Source: the human T2T-CHM13v2.0 reference genome, Homo sapiens
Length of the DNA: 64,000 nucleotides
NCBI RefSeq assembly: GCF_009914755.1
Contig: NC_060926.1
Reading direction: 5' to 3' (one strand)
The notes below the pieces were generated by a model, which was not told where the DNA came from, did not search any database, and saw only the letters and a list, made by a program, of their open reading frames with translations. Shown piece after piece: positions 1 to 13,472 of the stretch. Position numbers and translations under genes: made by a program. Each line of letters opens with the position of its first letter. Within the stretch, counting starts at the first letter, position 1.

Positions 1-1234
1 CCCTAGAGATCTAACCAAGATATTGTCAGGGAACTCAGCAGAGAGATCGTGAACATGGCAGAACTGAAGGCAAGTGACTGTAGAAAAATAAATTATTTCA
101 CGCCTGTACTTCCTACGAACAAGGATTGTTTAGTAAACTAGATGTGGTAGCCACGATTTTCATGATCAACAGAGTGGCAACAGGCAAGACTGAATGATGG
201 GGCTTTGGGGAATTGCACTGGCGATGAATCACCCTGAGATTATGCAGGTGGGGTTTCCCCTGAAGGGACTGGAACTGCTCACTGCCAGCTGTCCTCAGAA
301 GAGGTCAGTCATGGGGCGGGAAATCAGAATGCTGGGACTAGAGTCAGTCTGACTGGATTTCCCAGGAAAGGTGACTGTTGAGTCCCCAGGGCACTTCCTC
401 CTGGAGGGGGAAGGACCTGTGCCTGGCACTGACTTATTCTCTGTTTTCTGTTTCCTTTCCATTGTCCCTGAACCTTTATTGTGATCTGATCAGTGTCTCA
501 AATATTTTGACTTCTGATGTCCTGAGAGGAATTAAGGGGAAAGGTCCACAACCAACCCCTGAGGCAAAGCAGAGGAGGGTTATGACTTCTGTCCTCAGGC
601 CACAGCAGTGGTGGCAGCCACAGGCACCAGCTGAGAACAGCTTTGCCCCAGAGGGACCAGTTTCTGAATACACATGACAGAGCACCTTGAGAGAGTCTCA
701 AGATTCTTTAGCAGAACAGGGGACACTGGGAGTAGGGGCAGAGGGCACTCATTTTTGTCAATAAAACTAGTGTGAGTCAAACTACGATGGCTTCAGTTAC
801 ACTATAAATAGAATTATCAAACAAGGGGACAAGCTCCTTGTCCCTACAAGTGCTTAAAAAATAAATATTTTTCTTTTAAGGAGTTTTCTAATGGTGTTCC
901 TATGACATTAATTTATTAAACATTTAACATACTTTGCACTTACTGTATATCAAGCATTGTGCTAGGTTCCTTACATACAATTTCTATTAATAACCTGGTT
1001 TTGTAGTTGAGGAAACAGAAGCTTACAAAGTGAAATAAGTTGCCTTAGGTCTTGCAAATAATCAGTAGTAGAGACCCCCAAAGGTGAGCACACTAGAATA
1101 CACCAGCCTAGTCGGGGAGGATGACCATCATGGAAAACCACTCACTGATGGAGATGTGCACAAATTGTTTTGGGCGCATATGACTTAGTGTTATGGGAAA
1201 GGGAAGAATAGAGGGAGTGGTCAGAGAAGGTATC

Positions 1235-1544
<310 letters not shown>

Positions 1545-2530
1545 TAAAAGACGTGTCTCCAAGGCTGAGTCTTAAAGATGTGCAAGCAGTTAAAAGAAGA
1601 AGGAGGAAGCCTCCTGGGGGCAGGTGAGAGGAGGCTGACACTCCAGACGAAAGGGCCAGCCAAGTGATTCTCACAGAGATAGATCAATAAATATTAAGTT
1701 GAATGACAACATGGGCAAAGTCACCTAATCAAGACACCACATAGCTCTGGGGTGACAGGAGGAGACTCCATGCCTGTCAGGATGAAGTGCAGAGGGCGAG
1801 GCCAGGGAATGCCGGTGAGGCTGCAGATAGCACAGGTGGCCGTGCGCCAGAGGGAGAAGAAGCAACTGTGTGGACGGCAGAAATGTCTGGAGGTTGTTTT
1901 CTGAGAGTGGATCTTGGAATCTAAGATTTCTGAAGTGGAGCACTTCCAGATGAGAGGATCCATGGAGTGATGGCTGGCAATGCTGCCTGAAATGAACAAG
2001 TGCTAAGGGTCATTGGAATTAGAGGAATGTCCCAACATTTTGAGGCTATATAGTTTCCTTTCAACACTAAGAATCTATAATTCTATTAATTACCTGGCTT
2101 TTCTTGAAATGAATGGATTTGTAAAATGCTTTGGTGTCATACAAAAACAGGTTGCCTAATTAAAAGTTGCTATTGTACTCAGCTTTTCACAAATACACTG
2201 CCAGGGTGTTACAATCAAAGCCTGTGATTTTTATGATAGTGCCAATTAAGCTTTTCAGTTTTGTGATGTGTGGACAGAGTATTTATTTGTGATTCTAATA
2301 CCCTGTGGACCAGTTCACTGGTTTGCATGCAACTGTCAAGCTCAGAGATGTATCACTTGTAAGAAACAAAGGTCCAGTTAGCTTCGAGGATATAGGTAAG
2401 CAGCTTAGTCAGAAGCCTCTGAGAGCCTGCCTTATCAGCCACCAAAGACATTTTCAGTGTTTGTAGAAATCTTGACACACTTGCACTAGTCCCATGCATC
2501 CTCTCTTTAGACATCTTCCTGGTGCTTGAG

Positions 2531-3667
2531 TGTGATATTATTATGTGTGTGTGTGTGTGTGTATTATTATCCATATATATTGGTTTTCGCCCATAGTTCC
2601 TGGCTTCTAACTCCCATAGCCCTCGTTACAATGCTGGGTACTTCTGGCCTCAGATTCAGGCTTCAGAAAATAGAACCTCTGTCTCTGACATTGTATTTTT
2701 AGTAGAGACGGGGTTTCACCATGTTGGTCAGGCTGGTCTCGAACTCCTGACCTCGTGATCCACCTGCCTCAGTCTCCCAAAGTGCTGGGATTACAGGTGT
2801 GAGCCTCTGCTCCCGGCCTTTCCTGCACTCCTTTCACCTGCTTTTTTCTCAGCCCAAGGAAGGAGTCTTTTCCCTCCTTCCTGTCCTGGAGCTGGCCATA
2901 AAGAAATTATGTGACCTATTTTGTCTGAATGTGGGTCACAAGATCCCCATTTCAGATGGGGTCTACGCCATACCCTGGAGGAAGAAATGCTGCACAGAGA
3001 GGCCAAGAAGAATCTGAACAGACAGGCATTGCTAAGTTTCCCTTCCCAGCCTATTAGTATTGGATCATACCCCTTTTGTCCAATTACATTTCCACAAGGT
3101 TGTCAATCATGCCTCTCCAAATGAAGTCTCCATGAAAGCCCATGGGGACAAAGTTCAGGGGGCTTCCTGAAAGCTGAACACATGGAGGTTCCCTGAGGGT
3201 GGCCGCCCAGGGAGAACATGGGAGCTCTGCGCCCCTTCCCCTATGCCTCACCCTATGCATCTCTTCATTTTTATTATTTGTAATATCCTTTATAATAATC
3301 AGTAAACGTCAGTGTTTCCCTGATTTCTGTGAGCAGCTCTAGCAAATTAATCAAACCCAAAGAGGGAGTTGTGGGAACCCCAACTTGAAGTTGGTCATCA
3401 GAAGTTTCGGAGGCTCAGACTTGTGACCTGTTTCTGAGTGGGAGACAGTCTTGGGTACTGAGCTCTCCACCTGTGAGATACGACGTTATTTCCAGGTAGA
3501 GAGTGTCAGAATTGAATTGGAGGATGGTGTCTGCTGTGGGATTGATTGCTTACTTGGTGTATGGGGGTAAAAACCCCCACTCATTTGGTCATAGAAGTCT
3601 TCTGTGTTGATGGTTACTATTGAGGGAGAGAATAGAAAAAGCAGTTTGAGGTTTCTTGCCACTCAGA
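2531..3667 (+). mobile_element. ERV LTR, MER21/MER4-group, carrying a (TG)n and an Alu left arm
   Basis: Starts TGTGATATT. Contains MER21-like motifs recalled from consensus (CATGGAGGTTCCCTGAGGGTGG, CCCTATGCATCTCTTC, AGCTCTAGCAAATTAATCAAACCC, GGGAACCCCAAC). Confidence 0.7.
2691..2818 (-). mobile_element. Alu left arm only (no right arm, no poly-A tail)
   Basis: TTGTATTTTTAGTAGAGACGGGGTTTCACCATGTTGG...GTGAGCC...CCCGGCC; ends at the middle A-rich linker. Confidence 0.9.
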
Positions 3668-5352
3668 GTGAGACACAGATGAGCAGCAATATAAAAAGGC
3701 ACATCTGAACATAGTCATGTTAGAGCACATCTGAACACTTAGGTTCTACCTTTGAACAACTTCCACTGTAGAGGTCATGACCTTTTGCCATATTAATCCT
3801 ATGATTCAGCCCATTGTTCTTTTGTTCAAAAAGAAATGAGGATCCCACATTGTCTAAGACACTTGCTTAAAATGGGCTACCGCCAAATGTAATCAGTACA
3901 GCTGAACCTTTTGTCTTCTCCCCCAGCAAGAAGCTAGCATAGAAATACCAAATAGATAATATGACTCAAACTGAAAAGGCAAATTTTGATCATCTGCAAA
4001 GGCAACATGACAGACTGGAGACTGTCTTTGACAACTCACTTCAGGACTGTCTTTGTCAATTGTTACCTGCTTCTAGGCAGCTCCAGGAGTTCTGGGGAAA
4101 AAAATTGTTCTGGGTTCTACAGAATCTCCATAATTTTTTATATCTTCTGGGTAAAACTCAGAAAGACAGTTCTAAGAGACACAATGCCAACCTAGTTTCA
4201 GTCTTGGAGAATCCTGCATTGTGTCCTACGTCTCACCGCCACACTCTTTCCCTCCTGCTGCCTGGGGATGGTCCACTGCTGTCAACTCTATCATTTGAGA
4301 AAAATGTTCCCAGCCTTAAAAAAAAAAATCGGCTGCCAGTTTCAACTTGTGGTGAATTCTTATGGTTGAATTACAAAGGGCTAACAGACTGAGGGGGAAC
4401 ATGAGAGGTTTAGAGTGGAAATACTGACTGCTTTCTGGCTTTACCGGTGCTGACAAGCATCTACTCTACTAATCTCACAGATACAAACACGAATCTTGAA
4501 CTTTTGAGTTTCTTGTGGGCTTCTCGATGAGAAAGACAGCAGAAGTGCTGACTTCACTGGAAATTCCCTGATGAAAAGACCCTTACTGCAGTTTTAAAAA
4601 TTGGGTCTCCAGGCTCTGATATCGCTCATTGATCATCAAAGTAAGCATTCCCGACTAATGTAACCTACTAAAACGCACAAAGAGAAATAAGCCTTCTCCC
4701 TTAACTGCACAACCACTCAGGAGGCAGCACCTGCCGGGGCATAGATGCTTCTCCAATAGTTGTCCGGTGTTTAAGAGGAAGGGTCCAATCCTGACCAGGA
4801 CACAACAACGGCCTCTACACACATAGCCTGCTATTCCCAAGAGTCTTCTGCCTTTAGACAACATTTCTTGGAAACTTGGAATAAAAAGCCTCCATTATTT
4901 TGCTCTTTCAGGAAATGATTCACGGTATTTCCAAAATCAACAGAATCTCTCTCAAACAGCAGAATACTTGAATTCCCAAAGCAGGAATTGCTCTTTGCAG
5001 ACCTTCATAATCTCCTTGTTCATTAAGTTTATGTCTGTTAGTCTCTCATTTGCTAGTGATTCTGGCACTTCAGTCACAAATAGAACAACACAGAATTTTT
5101 TTAAAAAAACTAATTCCTTAAAGTAAAAAAAAAATAGAATTTCCAGTTTCCCTGAAGCACACCCAGGGCCCTGATTCTGTCTTCTAGGAGAGGGATTTGA
5201 CAGTGACTCAGAGATACGTTTGTAGGGGAGTGGGAAGAACGCTGGAGATTAGATGCCGGAACTCAGCCCTGGATCTGCTGCTTACTGGCAGAGGGTCCCT
5301 GTGTTCATCCTGTAACCTCTAAGTCTAAATTTTCTCAATTATAAGAATTCTA

Positions 5353-5645
5353 GGCCAGGTGAAGTGGTGCCTCTAATCCCAGCACTTTGGGAGGCCAAGG
5401 CAGGAGGCTAAGGCAGGAATTTGAGACCAGCCTGGGCAACATAGCGAGACTCCATCTCTAGAAAAAATTTCAAAAACGTAGCTGAGTGTCATGGTGCATG
5501 TCTGTAGTCCCAGTTATGTGGGAGGCTGAGGCAGGAGGATGGCTTGAGCACAGGAGCTTGAGGCTGCAGTGAGCTATGACTGTACCACTTCAGCCTGGGT
5601 GACAGAGTGAGATTATGTCTCTAAAACAATAAATCTAATATAAAT
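5353..5645 (+). mobile_element. Alu (AluJ-like), inserted in a MIR-like remnant
   Basis: GGCCAGG...CCCAGCACTTTGGGAGG...CAGCCTGGGCAACATAGCGAGAC...GAGGCTGCAGTGAGCTATGA; TSD-like AAGAATTCTA / AAGAATTTTA. Confidence 0.9.
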
Positions 5646-5889
5646 TTTTAAAAAAGAATTTTAACACATACCGTTGGAGTTTCCATGCGATCATAAGACC
5701 TAATATTTTTAAAAGAGATGTGAAAACCAAGGTGTCAAACAAAATATCATTGTATGCACAATTACTTGCAAATAGGATAGGATGTTACCTTTACTTGGCA
5801 GTGGGGCAGATTCCTTTGTGCTTGGCAAATTTCTCTTGGCCCTGTCCTATTTCCCTTTCTTCCACGTAGGTACTGTTCCTAGGAGCATG

Positions 5890-6385
5890 CCCATGCTAAG
5901 AGTTAGCACGTCTGCCCAGGACTGCCATTCTTTGAAACAGAAGCTTACAAGTTTGGCCCTTGGCTGGCATCTAGGAACGTGGATTTCAGTAGCGTTCATA
6001 CCATTCCCAGAATTGATAAAAGCAGCTCACTGTGCCTAAACTGTTTGTTAAAACAAAGTGGTTTATGGCAAACACCTGCTTTTCTTATATGAGTCTGGAA
6101 TTTTGTTACATGCTAGGCCAAGGATACTTACAGGGGCAGCCCTGAATAAAAACCCTGGGCATAGAGTCTCGGCTGAGCTTCCCCGATAGACAGCATTTCA
6201 TACATGTTGTCACACATGTCCTGGGTGACCCCAGTGGGAAAGAACTCTTGGAAGCTTGTGCTTGATTTCCTCTTGATTTCTTTGCTGTTTCTCTCAAAAC
6301 CCTTTTGCTATAATAAATTATAGCTGTGAGTACAACTATATGCTGAGTCCTCTGAGTCCTCCTACAGAATCATCTAACTCCCCAA
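5890..6385 (+). mobile_element. ERVL LTR, MER68-like
   Basis: TTGGCCCTTGGCTGGCATCT, GCTCACTGTGCCTAAACTGTTTG, AATAAAAACCCTGGGC and GAGTACAACTATATGCTGAGTCCT match recalled MER68 consensus motifs. Confidence 0.6.
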
Positions 6386-6439
6386 CAAACTGCCTGCATG
6401 CAAATCTCCATCATCTCAGAAAACCTGACCTAAGTCACT

Positions 6440-6900
6440 CCCCGCCTCACCTCTTACCCAACACTGTCTTTCTTACAACTCAATTTTAATTAATAGTGCC
6501 ACCATTCTTCCAGTCCCCCAACCTTAGAATCTTAGACTCAAAACCTTCCCATCCCATTGAGAAATCCTTCCAAATGTGTCTCCATGATGTCTTCTGAATG
6601 CATGCTCTCCATTCTCGCCATCTCACTGCCATAATTTAGGCCATTGTGTTTTCCATCTAGACAATTGCATCAGTGCCCCAACTGTTCTTCTCCCAGTTAC
6701 ACTGACACACAATGCGGCCAATTTAATCTTTCTAGTGTAAATCTTGGAAAAAGTGAGTTTCTAGCTTTAAAACCAAAACAAACCCAAAAACTTCAGTTTT
6801 TTTCCCCATTGCTTTCTAAATAATGTTAAAGTTAGCAAGGCATTCAAGGGCTCCATAAACTGGCCTCAGCCACTCTGCCTGTCTTTTCCCTTCTACCCAT
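6440..6900. mobile_element. Degenerate L2 LINE fragment
   Basis: C/T-rich tract with L2-like phrases (CCCAACCTTAGAATCTTAGACTC, TCTCCATTCTCGCCATCTCACTGCC); highly diverged. Confidence 0.4.
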
Positions 6901-9765
6901 TGTACTATACCTTTTAGCCATATGGAACCTCACACTATTCACCATACAAGCCCTGCATTTTTGCCTCCTTTTTCCTTTATTTATGCTATTTCTTTCTTTT
7001 CAAAATGTCCCTTTCCCATCTTCTCTTATCAAGAGTTTATCAGTGCTTTCCATGCCACACTTCTTTTGAGAAATCTTTTCTATAAAAGCTTCCCACTCCA
7101 TCTCTGGAAGAATTCAAGTCTTGGCCTCCACTCTTCCACAGTAAAAATAGGTTACTGTGTCTCCTATGCCCTTTGAATGTGTGTCTCTAAAAATAATAAC
7201 AAGGTTTCCCCTCCTTTCTCCATTCAGCTGGAGCAAAAGATTTGTCTAAACAAGAGCTAAAGGAAATTCTTGGGCAAGAGTTTTTCTTCCCATAGGATAG
7301 GGAACCAGCTGTAGTTTATAAGCTGTGTACTCTGGATCAGTGGTCTTCAAACGTTCTGAGTTATGTTCCCCTAAAAAAATTGAACATGAGTCTCCAACTT
7401 TATGTGTATTTATTTACATATTATATACATGTACATTATACTGGCATTTTAGGTACACTATAGAACACATACATACATGGTAATTTTCAAAGGATGAGAT
7501 AAAAAATAGATACAGAAAATTCTAATATTTTCATTCCACACCTCAGTGAATCCCCTTATACTGAGGTGTGTGCACTGTTTTGTGGAGAACTCTGCTTCTG
7601 ACTTTGAAGACCCTGTATCCAGTTTTCCCCCTTTGTGACCTTCCTGTCTCAAAGCAAAAGACTTCTCAGTTATGCTATGAGCAAAACTAGGAAATATTAA
7701 CGTCTTTGTGGCCAGAGTGCAAAAAGAGGTCATCCTTTTCCAGGGAAAGGTGAATTTCACAAACCGAGCAAGGTCCTTGTGGTTTAATTGCTCCATTCAT
7801 AGCCAGAGATCGTCCAAAAGGAATCTGAGTCTTATTTTTATTAAAAAGTTGGGATATTCAGACAGTCCCTAAAGACTTTGATTGTTGTTGTTGCTGTTGT
7901 TGGGTGGTTATGTGTTTAAATCACACCCTCTGATATGCTCCATGATTAGGAAGACTTTTCAAAGTCTGTTCTGGGCTGTAGGCAGGTTGAGGCAAAATAT
8001 TTCTCCCCTAAGTAATGACAGATCCAGCTTGATAATGGAGAACTTTAAGTGGAAATGACCTTTAAAAATGTGAAGCTGTCAGCTCACTTCTGCTGTGACA
8101 ACAGACTCTTGAACAAATCAAGAAGAAAAACAAGGATACAAGAAATATATAAAGGAGGGTGATATAAAAATAACTATAGAAAGGTTTTTGGGAAATATGG
8201 TCAAATGCCTATTAATGTCAAGCATAAACTTGAATATATGACATAGGATGAGGCACAGAAAGAAGGCGTATTGCAAATGAACATGTGCACAACTTTGGAT
8301 TTAATGAAATCTTTGAGTTGAAGTATTAAGGAAAGATAGCCCAGAAAGATGGAAAATTGTTGTCGTACAATAAATTGTTGGGTATTACTCTGGAACCCTT
8401 CCCCCACTGACTTTCATGTAATTATATTTATGATTAATATCAATATCTACTTCTGCAGCACAGCTTATCAAACAAGTATTACTGGAAACCACTACATTGA
8501 AAGTCATTAAAAACAGATAGATACCATATGACCCCGAAAGGCAAGCTGGGCACCAATTGCCATTTCACACACCCCACACAAATGGAGGTTAAGATGGGCT
8601 ACAGTTCACATTTTGGCTCTGAGTAGCATGTTTGAAACCCAACCAGTAGCCCGCTGTTAAGAATGGACAGTTTGAGGTTTAAAGTAAAATACACCCTTTT
8701 CAGGGGGAAATTTCACTTATTTCAATGAAGGTCAAAGTAAGTGAGAGAGAGAAAGGGCATAAAATTGCTATCTTCTCTCCAGTGGTGCTGGTATTGTCTA
8801 TGCCTACCTGGGTTCTCCAGGCATAAGTGTTTGCCTCGCACACTGTTCCATTTTCATACGGTTCCCGGGGAGGTAGAGGCAGAGAGGAAGTGGAGAAAAG
8901 CCTGTCAAACTCTTAACAATCACTCCAGTTGATAATGTAGCAGATGCAATGCATGGGGGTGCAAGGAAGGCTGCTGGTTTGCAGTGTTCTCACACAGAAC
9001 AACTTGGTGCACATAAACAAATGTACATCAAGTTGTACAGGTAATTAATTTAGGTCTATTTGCCTTTTCTGCCACTATTTGAAGAATTTAATATAAATTG
9101 TAGGATATTTTATCCAATAGTTGACTTTCCTGGAAATGGTACAGATATCTTGGAATGCAATTAGTCAGTTAATACAGAAGGAGTGTCTAAAAAAGAAGCT
9201 GTTTTTGTATAGTGAGCACTTTAATCTTTTTTTCTGTTTATCTTAGGTCAAATATGGGATGCAGAAAGCACCTCTCTTATTCAATAGCTGGTGAGCTAAG
9301 AAAAGGGACATACGAGGATTTATGAGTTTTCCTCTAGTTCTAGGGAAATAGTAATATTTGATCTTTGTAATTTAGGCTAGGTGTCTGGATAAATGGATTG
9401 AGTATGCTGTTCAGATATAATAATTTTTCAATGGGATGCGAAGCTGCTAATAATACCAAGTAAGGAGAGACCAAAGGGAAGTATAGATGGTAACTGAGAG
9501 ATGAAAATGCAACTAAAATAGATCGACAATAAAGGAATATTTTTTTCTGACACTAAGGTAAATTTTGAAGCAGGAGTTCTCATTCAATCAATCAGGACTT
9601 GCCAGTGGCATTTAAAGGCCCGCTCAGTAGATCTGTAAGCCATTTGCTGCTACTGTGTTTTTTTCTTCATCCACTCTATCTTCAGTGCCCTCTCTTCATA
9701 ATTTACTGGGCTTCTTCTCAGGAAAGAGAGGACCACCTGGAAGTGGCTCCCCTTCACATGCTCCC

Positions 9766-10153
9766 TGATATGGTTTGGGTCTGTGTCCCTGCCCAAATCT
9801 TATGTCAAATTGTAATTCCCAGCGTTGGAAGGGGGGCCCGGTGGGAGGTGATTGGATCGTGGGGCCAGATTTCCCTTTTTGTGCTGTTTTTCTGAATAGT
9901 GAGTGAGTTATCACAAGATCTGGTTGTTTAAAAGTATGTAGCACATCTCCCCTCTCTCTCTTCCTCCTGCTCTGGCCATGTGAAGACATGTCTGCTTCCC
10001 GTTTGCCTTCCCCATAACTGTAAGTTTCCTGAGGCCTCACCAGCATTGCTTCCTGTACAGCCTGAGGAACTGTGAGCCAATGAAACCTCTTTTCTTTATA
10101 AATTACCCAGTCTCAGGTATTTCTTTATAGCAGTGCAAGAATGGACTGATACA
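9766..10153 (+). mobile_element. MSTA-type MaLR solo LTR
   Basis: Ends TGATATGGTTTGG ... GGACTGATACA, ATAAATTACCCAGTCTCAGGTATTTCTTTATAGCA motif, 5-bp TSD CTCCC (9761-9765 / 10154-10158). Confidence 0.9.
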
Positions 10154-10916
10154 CTCCCCATGGACCTAGACTGGTTGAACCCAATCTACACATCTCCTTT
10201 CCTAGGGGATGTTAGGGTTTTGGGAATAGAAAAATAATTCCTCCTCACATAAAAGTCAATATATTATTCTATATTGAGTCAGGAAATCTGAAACCATGGT
10301 AGGTATTTCAAACACAAAGGATTTAATACAGGGAATTGTTTACAAAGGTGTTGGAAGAGCTGAAGGAGCAAAAGGAAGAAAGGGTGATACACATAGAAAG
10401 CTCCTGATGTTCCTAGGCTGGCATTCATGAGCCTACTCTTGGTACTGGGGAGTTATGGATGTTGCACTTCAGGGACTGGAACTGTCAAAATTGTCCTTCC
10501 GTGGCTCAGGCTGTAATCAAGAAAGAGACTGTGCTGCTGCCTGGGCTGCCAGTGTCTGCAGTTACACTAGCCCCTCTGCTGCTACAGTAGCTCTGGTTGA
10601 ATTTAGAAATAGAAAGTTTTTCCCTTTTTCCAACTTTCTGATCTTTCCCAATGCCTGCCTGCCATTGACAGATTTGATAGATATGAACAGGAAGCCACTG
10701 TCAAGGAGTCTAAGAAAGGGAATCTGCAGACTTCCAGTCCTAAGCAATATAGAGAAAATTATAAATGGTTAAGTATAAAGCTGAGAAACAATAGATACAT
10801 AATCAACACAGTCAGACATTTGCTCTAAAGCAAAGCTTCCTCAACTTGTTTTTAGGTCATAGCATGTATTTTAATTGGGATAAGCTGGGAGGAATGTGGG
10901 GCTTGGTAAAACCATA

Positions 10917-11306
10917 TGTCTTAGTCTATTTGTGCTGCTATAACAAAATACCGGAGACTGGGTAATTTATAAAGAACAGAAATTTATTTCTCACAATTTT
11001 GGAGATCAATGTGTCAGCAGGTTCAGTGTCTGGTGAGGGCCTTGTCTGTGCTTCCAAGAGGGCATCTTCCTGCTGCATCCTGCAGAGCAGAGCAATGCTA
11101 CGTTCTCACATGGTAGAAGGGACCAAAGGGAAGGAGGGTGCTCCTTTCAACCTCAAGCCCTTTTCAAAAAGCGCTAATCCCATTCATGAGGATGGAGCCC
11201 TCATGACTTAATCCCATACTGAAGGCCCCACTTCTTAATACTGTTACATCAAGGATTAAGTTTCAACATGAATTTTGGAGAGGACACCATCATTTAAACT
11301 ACAGCA
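10917..11306 (-). mobile_element. MaLR solo LTR (MSTD/MLT1A-like)
   Basis: TGTCTTAGTCTATTTGTGCTGCTATAACAAAATACC...GACTGGGTAATTTATAAAG...TTTCAACATGAATTTTGGAG; TSD-like CCATA/CCATC. Confidence 0.8.
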
Positions 11307-12197
11307 CCATCAACTGCATTTTATTTATAACTATGATGAATGAATATAATACTGAGAGGAAGACATTTGATATAAAATTTGTCTGAAATTTCTAAATAAA
11401 ATATTTTGAAATTTTAACGATAAATTTCAGCTTGCTCCCATAAACCTAACTTTTTATGTTGTGATTTGTGCTTGGAATGGCTATATATCATTCTTATGTG
11501 TTCTTCAATGAAGAGCTCCTCAAATTCTTCATAGTCACTATGGGTGAGAGATGGTTTACAAGTGGTGGTAGAAAAAGTAAAATCTTTTAAAAATAACACT
11601 TTAAAAATTTACTGCCATTTAAATTGTATTTAAAGGTGAACAGCCCTTCTTTTCTTCTTTGACAAACATAATGTTTACATTTCTTGTGATGGATATGATT
11701 TTTAAATTCTGTGAAAATTTTCAAATCCAGTCAGTGTGCTTGTATCATATACACATTGTCAGCATAGTTACCCTGCAGCTAGCTTAGGTGTTCCTAAAAG
11801 GACCCACTGGCTGCAAACAGATGGACAGATTGAATAAATGTGAAAGTAGAGGTTAAGGGCTAATGCTGGGTCAGAAGCTACAACAGTCAGCAGTCCTCGC
11901 TCAGGCTCCCCAGTCCCACTCTCTCTACCCATTGGGCACCCAGAGCACAAACTCCCCCAACAGAACACAGACTCCCTCTTCATGTTGAGTCCCTGTTGGT
12001 GTGCTCTAAGTGGCCTGCTGACAGAGGTGCCAGGTAGTAAAGCACCTTCTTGACTGCAATCCTTGCAGCATGGCAGAGTAGGGGTAAAGGATCTTGCTCT
12101 GCTTGCCATCTGCAAGTATCTTGGGGCATACTATCACACCTCATTCCACTAAGGCATCTGTATCTCACAATACAATAACATCCATTTGTGGCACACA

Positions 12198-12409
12198 AAT
12201 AGTGAGTGAGTTATCACAAGATCTGGTTGTTTAAAAGTATGTCGCACATCCCCCCTCTCTCTCTTCCTCCTGCTCTGGCCATGTGAAGACATGTCTGCTT
12301 CCCGTTTGCTTTGGCCATGATTATAAGTTTCCTGAGGCCTCACCAGCCACCCTTCCTGTACAGCCTGAGGAACTGTGAGCCAATGAAACCTCTTTTCTTT
12401 ATAAATTAC
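12198..12409 (+). repeat. Internal fragment copied from the MSTA LTR at 9895-10106 (local direct duplication)
   Basis: Near-identical to 9895-10106 including long exact blocks; lacks both LTR termini. Confidence 0.9.
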
Positions 12410-12521
12410 TTTATAAATTTGGGGAGCTCTACCCTCAAAACCAGCAAGAACTATATAATTTTGCCTACTGTGGGTTTCAAATGTTTATTTGAGTCTAGTT
12501 CTGCTTAAAACTCCTTTCACA

Positions 12522-12790
12522 GGCCAGGCACACTGGCCTATGCCTGTAATCCTAGCATTTTGGGAGGCTGGAGCAGGAGAATCACTTGAGGCCAGGAGTT
12601 CAAAACCAGCCTGAGCAACTAGCAAGATCCTATTTCTAAAAAAAAAGAAAAAAAACTTGCCAGGTGTGGTGGTGCGTGCCTATAGTTCTAGCTACTCAGG
12701 AGGCTGAGGCAGGAGGATCACTTGGGCCCAGAAGTTTGAGGCTGTAGTTTGAGGCAAAAAAGCTAACAAGAAACAAACAAAAAATTTCCC
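12522..12790 (+). mobile_element. Alu (AluJ-like) with the distal right arm deleted
   Basis: GGCCAGGC start, left arm and linker present; right arm stops after GAGGCTGTAG; TSD CTCCTTTCAC on both sides. Confidence 0.85.
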
Positions 12791-12947
12791 CCAAAACCTC
12801 CTTTCACTGATTTGTAAAAGCCTATATTCATTCTCATTATACAGAGATGTGCCTTGACAGAAATTCTGAACAGAATTCTATATCTCTCTAGCAGAACTTT
12901 GTATTGCAACTTTGAGTAAGACTGCTGAAAAACTATCCTTTGATCAG

Positions 12948-13472
12948 TGTGGTCGGCAGCTCTGAGGTGACTCCCAGTGATCCTCATCTCCTGGTATCCG
13001 TGCTCCTGTGTGTGGGTTGATCCTAGTGGTTTGGTTCTAATGAATGGAATATGGCACACAGTGATGGGAGGTCACAGTCAATATTAGGCAACAAAAGGAC
13101 TCTAGCTTCTAACTTGCTTGCCCTTTCTTGGTTTCTCACTGGTTCACTGACTGAAGCCAGTTGTCATGTTATGAATTACCCTATGGTGAGGCCTTCATGG
13201 TAAGACACTGAGAGAGGTTTCCAGCCAACAGCCAGAGAAGAACTGCAATCCTTAGGCCAAAAGCTTGGGAGGAACTGAATCCTTCTCCAGTGGAAGCTGG
13301 AATGACTGCAGCCCAGTTGACACCTTGATTACAACCTTGTAGGAAACCCTAGTCAAAGAATCTTAGCAAAGCTATACCCAGGTTCCCGACACAGAAGTTG
13401 TGAGATAAAGCTGCTGTTTTAAGTTGCCAAGTTTTAGGCTAATTTGTTATTCAGCAATAGATAATGAATACA
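12948..13472 (+). mobile_element. MLT1-type MaLR solo LTR (MLT1F-like)
   Basis: TGTGGTCGGCAGCTCTGAGGTGACTCCCAGTGATCC...GAATATGGCA...TTTTAAGTTGCCAAGTTTTAGG...AGCAATAGATAATGAATACA. Confidence 0.75.

Noticed and set aside
3961-4392. 143-aa ATG ORF in unique sequence
   Set aside because: No recognisable domain or exon context; length compatible with chance
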